A DNA stretch of 62,756 nucleotides, the filler included, from Hyphochytrium catenoides (taxonomy: Eukaryota; Protista; Hyphochytriomycota): the NCBI GenBank assembly GCA_900088475.1. It is 8 parts of 8 records of this genome, joined end to end, with 100 filler letters (N's around TTAATTAATTAA, not from the genome) between each part and the next. Parts side by side here need not be neighbours in the genome. Positions count along the whole stretch, not along the records: positions 42,280 to 62,756 come from FLMG01001119.1; 7 more parts are not named here. One strand, written 5' to 3'. A model generated the notes under the pieces. It saw nothing but the letters and a program-made list of their open reading frames with translations. It was not told the DNA's origin and did no database searches. Positions 60,701 to 62,756 of the stretch are shown here, piece after piece. Position numbers and translations under genes: made by a program. Position 1 is the stretch's first letter. Each line of letters begins with the position of its first letter.

Positions 60701-62110
60701 GAAGTGTCTCTCTCTCTCTCCAGCGAGGTATGTAAGGGAGAGACTATCGGAATGAAAGAAGAAGGGAGAGAGAGAAGCAACGAGCGAGACAAAGAGAAAG
60801 AGGGAGATGGAGAGAGAGACACGGTGTTGACTCAAAAAGATGAGCAAGGAGAAGAGAGGGAAAAAGAGTCAATCCAAGGCGCCTCTGTCCCTGGAAGAGA
60901 GACTGAAGAGGATGAGAAAAATAGCGCAAGAGAACCCTGTCTCTCTCTCCCGGAAAACGAGACAACAACCGGCCGAGACGAGGTAGAGTCCTTGGGTATT
61001 CCTTCTGCAGAAGAGGGAGAAAAGAAAGAAGACAGGAAAAGAGAAGCCTCTCTCTCTCCCTCTTCGCCTCTACAAGCAAAAGACGGGAGCGAAAGGGAAG
61101 AGGAGGAACCAGTGCCGCATCCAGTCCTGGTAGAGGAAGAAGGTGAATCCTGTTCTTTCTCTCCTCCAAGGAAAGAAGAGAGAAAGAGCGAAAAGAGCCC
61201 TTTCTCTCTTCTCTCTCTCTCACCAGGACCTTTAGAGAGAACACAAGAAGAAGCGGGAGAGAAAGCTGCGGCACGAGCGGACGAAGGAAAGGCAGAACGC
61301 GAAGAGGAGAGAGAGAGAGACACACAGCCCGAAGAGTCTCTCTCTCCGCAGGAAGAAGGAGCCAGGAGAGAGACAAAAGAGCATGGAAAAAAAGAACCGA
61401 GCAAGGTAGTAGAAGAGAGAGAGGAACTAGAGAAGGGTGGCACGACAGCAGAGAGAGAACGCGGTCTCTCCCTCCTTCATACTGGAAGAGACACACAAGA
61501 GAAACTCAGAGGCGAAGGGGAACAGAGGAGAGAGCTATCCGACTCCGTTTCTCTCTCTCTCCTTGAAGAGACAGATACAAGAGAGACGCCAGAGAAGGAA
61601 AAATGGACTACAGGCCATACAGAAAGAGAGAGTGAGGAACCAGAGGCGGAAGTAGCAAGCGAAGAGAGAGAGAAGAGTCTCTCTCTTTTTCTCTCTCTCG
61701 GGAACATCGAAGAGAGATCGAAGACAAGGGAGACGAGCTCTTGCATTGTAGCAGAGAAAGACGAAGACACAGACCTGGCTACCTCTTCTCTCTCTTCTCC
61801 CTCGCATCTCTCTTCCAGTTCTTCGATCCCCTTCTCTCTCCCTCTTCTGTCTAGTTCTGTGTCTCTCTCTCTCCCTTCTCTCTCTTCCTCTAGTCCGCCA
61901 CAATCCTCTCAGGAGAGGGAAAGAAATCCAAAGGCAAAGATGAGGGAACCCGACGAGAACAAGAACGGCCGTCTCTCTCTCTCCTCTGCCATCGGGGAAT
62001 TTTTCGCTTCTTTGGAGAAGAAAGAAGACAGAGAAGGGAGAAAGAAAGAGAAGGACAGCGGAAGATGGCCACTCTCTTCTCTCCAAGCAGGGCTCTGGGT
62101 CGTGGACTAG
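54707..62110 (+). CDS. ~2,470-aa protein with 8 tandem C-x4-C-x9-C-x2-H ('WRKY19-like') zinc fingers and a huge E/K/R-rich tail
   Basis: Uninterrupted 7.5-kb frame, first ATG at 54707. Eight repeats such as RCSSPGCQNHARGQGKCLKHGA at about 55165-55770. No WRKYGQK motif. Confidence 0.8.
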   Translation: MKTRTEERQRGETTALGSPVLRPRKRLSSALSPGASHPSPPPPRTLRSTPRKKEEREKISAPSTAATCPKSSKREKKERKETSPRSSLSRPANTNTNKAQEEAKPLRERRRASTAPIVTSSRKGERGHLGERDKEKERKKKKKPVAALLAAKYRCSSPGCPRYRVAQGLCISHGAITRRCSSPGCQNHARGQGKCLKHGAKTPRCSVFGCEKFPVSRRLCSAHGGARALSLCSVKGCQERVKGQGLCSRHGGKARPRCSRAKCAKFALYSGLCTGHYMAKFPSCTAPRCQRRAVVDNLCIMHAPPRTAKRFRCSVRSCKKWKVRGGMCLSHGANAIIKRCSVSGCGRHIQRHGMCVAHFSLSLSSSLSSSSASSVYSLEEKEKREREDKGSSLSLSRHCKKKAKVPAEEGKEHERREKSRTERRSTRVSLLSSAKKEETKREEEKKENDEEERENGEEKPRRGRKREKREREENEREISEEIKDGEGKRRETEQGERERKRRRQSLPRAAKEKKDTEEREKGERGEKQEREGKGRKALKYQGGKRERGKRKKRKGERGEERRKAGKTIEEVVDERPQEREREKLNRTNRRREKMRRETNQDKERGSQHPKESETDGKEKEGRRQEEEETTIQGKKRGLRELLSLFDGKKPKRRKSQQEREKKEKTLFSTSLEGERKRDRRDEEVGTGNEERGKESNSMEENSGKTVKVRRDEKRERETGREVELLWEERERETSCLPEEEKERVEGNMKGKEREMEREEEENEKTLREKGTSGTDEEKEGKEDDKSDTERQNRKREKECLETQREEEVDFAPGKEEEERIEEELDMRSERGEEGEREEEKDAVWSKTGERETQEERERDSGREEEGEGGREDGLEQSKEKEGEKEEKETSPEESEKRETERDKEEITEEDKLGSEKDYEGEKREEQHFSLSVSPEKETEVEHKEEEEERQEECPIGDTEHEKDGEREEREVERGGSFLSSLGVAEEERRATVVVSEEEEAKGESYREREETTSLEEEEKERERPLSPPLSFQGRDTKEEGRESKPYRAETLEEEVKGREAEERETEASLCGEERETVLCEDREGKRERESGLSAEENEVRKERGERGQGDHFLQGEKKMEEGEKERERFKGLLNNDREEDGKDTAREREERERSRDQPEEDDERKSHMVQREEREDEKETTKEREERERAWDQPEQDEKRKSQMVQRDEREERSTGEERKNQDSEEPGILSLGDEGEEMEIEEEGKKERQDSAVASVEMEREALVGERDPQEREEGIREDEERRTRRDTVPVKGTKETEERESAKGEGKEDEGQIVSLLLKDAGRESPEREESFIQEREEESDQEEGLQEREEGEKERRMERETSEAESYPLGEEEDEMAKEREVDTMSALREKKEEEPMREEEGERQNVSLSLMEAEKERDASEGPTEDGPIAGEEREERQSVSSLSLEHQEKADGGSPKTRWEQEGEVTHSSSFPRERSEEREKEAGYCLLREDEEEKEREEAYLLTGKEEEEERKEEEREDHDVFPGRKNVAGALERKEKNEKEQEKETLSSLSGEEEESKRDSRASLFSEEEGREDEEKVSLSLEDGGEEPEGRSLSLLSYQEGDTAKETEEEKPLSLSPKGEETRDNACHSLSLPLETRQDEKGQEEGEKANLSLSPTAMAEEEKERHSSLSFSMKEEENLMMSEVGRSQKDEEKEKDEKREEEEKLSLSFHEERENEEEEDASLCFAAVREKEREREETPIHLVQTVESAVEREEENPTSLSEEEAREERRERREATSSPMETGEKERQEGEKDEERETKEDNFVREEEEMDQEEEEERVSLMMVEENKERENSLKEKRNEERGGEIVDCSPGEGEQNGERETEEEGRKQEGERERDDDSEQEKENQETLSPHLAAPDQEREEDTQEQLFLLSSPEPAEESLLDKKKQEEEEVDLSSKGKIAQEVETGKRKAQIPLLDAASLEEREKKEETSLLFLLEGGGETAPTETREIAEVSLSLSSEVCKGETIGMKEEGRERSNERDKEKEGDGERDTVLTQKDEQGEEREKESIQGASVPGRETEEDEKNSAREPCLSLPENETTTGRDEVESLGIPSAEEGEKKEDRKREASLSPSSPLQAKDGSEREEEEPVPHPVLVEEEGESCSFSPPRKEERKSEKSPFSLLSLSPGPLERTQEEAGEKAAARADEGKAEREEERERDTQPEESLSPQEEGARRETKEHGKKEPSKVVEEREELEKGGTTAERERGLSLLHTGRDTQEKLRGEGEQRRELSDSVSLSLLEETDTRETPEKEKWTTGHTERESEEPEAEVASEEREKSLSLFLSLGNIEERSKTRETSSCIVAEKDEDTDLATSSLSSPSHLSSSSSIPFSLPLLSSSVSLSLPSLSSSSPPQSSQERERNPKAKMREPDENKNGRLSLSSAIGEFFASLEKKEDREGRKKEKDSGRWPLSSLQAGLWVVD
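58140..58345 (+). repeat. In-frame 108-nt tandem duplication
   Basis: GGATCAACCCGAG..GAGGAAGAG..ATGGTACAAAGAGA occurs at 58171 and 58279 (peptides DQPEEDDERKSHMVQRE and DQPEQDEKRKSQMVQRD). Confidence 0.85.
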
Positions 62111-62756
62111 CCGTCCTGGCGCTCTCCTGCCTGCTGTCTTCTTTAGCTCCACCTGCTGAGAGACAACGGATGTTTCTTTCTCTGACCCTCTCTCTCTTTT
62201 CCTCTCTCTCTCTCACTCTCACACTCTCTTCATCCTTAGTATACTCTCTCTTTCTTTCAGCGTCTCTTTTTAGTCTCTCTCTCACGCAGTCCCGCGGCCC
62301 CCCACGTGTACTTCTATTTCTATCTGTCTCTCTCTCTCTTTCCCTTGCTTTTTTCTCTCCCTCTTTCTTCCCCACCAAGGATGTGACTTTGGCTATTCTC
62401 TAGCCATTCTCTATACAAAAGAAAACGCTCGCGAGAGAGAAGTGAAGACAAAGGAAAGAGAAAATGAGAGAGAAGAGAGAGAGCTTGAACCTCTGAGAGA
62501 GCAACAACGCAAGACGGCTCTGCTCTCTTCATAAAAGAGAGAAAGAGCCGGAGGTGACCCCTTTCTCTTTCCCTTTCTCTTTCCCTCATCCTCGTCTATA
62601 GATTTTCTCTCTTCAGAAGACAATCAAGTTCCTGACGCGTCGACGAAGAAGAAGAAGAAGAAGAAGAAACATCAACCACGATCGCTCTCCCGGCTGCGTA
62701 TTCTGCCAGGGGTCTCTCTCGTGTCTTAGTCGTTCTCTCTCTCTCTCTCTCTCTCT

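Larger units (their letters stand above)
9197..62756. repeat. Pervasive (AG)n/(CT)n microsatellite and polypurine/polypyrimidine background
   Basis: Very many perfect and degenerate tracts in introns, intergenic DNA and exons. Most assembly gaps abut them. Confidence 0.97.

Noticed and set aside
9197-62756. Hundreds of SLSL- or ERER-rich ORFs in the ORF track
   Set aside because: They are stop-poor translations of (CT)n/(AG)n tracts or antisense shadows of real genes.

Overview
Eukaryotic draft scaffold, probably a stramenopile-type protist (inferred from the HSF motif 'FQRQLNYFGFKK' and C-x4-C-x9-C-x2-HG zinc-finger arrays). It is built from at least 8 contigs joined by N-TTAATTAATTAA-N linkers. 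Host DNA is saturated with (AG)n/(CT)n microsatellite, so most of the ORF track is noise. Hand-spliced host genes are DCP1, a divergently transcribed CCR4/nocturnin-family EEP hydrolase, a SIVA-like zinc finger, a partial LPCAT, a small beta-rich orphan, an HSF, a divergent diflavin reductase, a protein with four YSIxxLLxL (eIF4E-binding-like) motifs, and a ~2,500-aa zinc-finger/acidic protein. The most striking element lies in the microsatellite-free first 7.9 kb. It is a spliced gene of about 1,790 aa or more encoding a Sola3-like DDD transposase. Two OTU deubiquitinase domains with intact catalytic motifs sit in frame between the catalytic core and the conserved C-terminal domain, and there is a candidate ubiquitin-like domain near the N-terminus. 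All family assignments are motif recognition from memory; no database searches were run.
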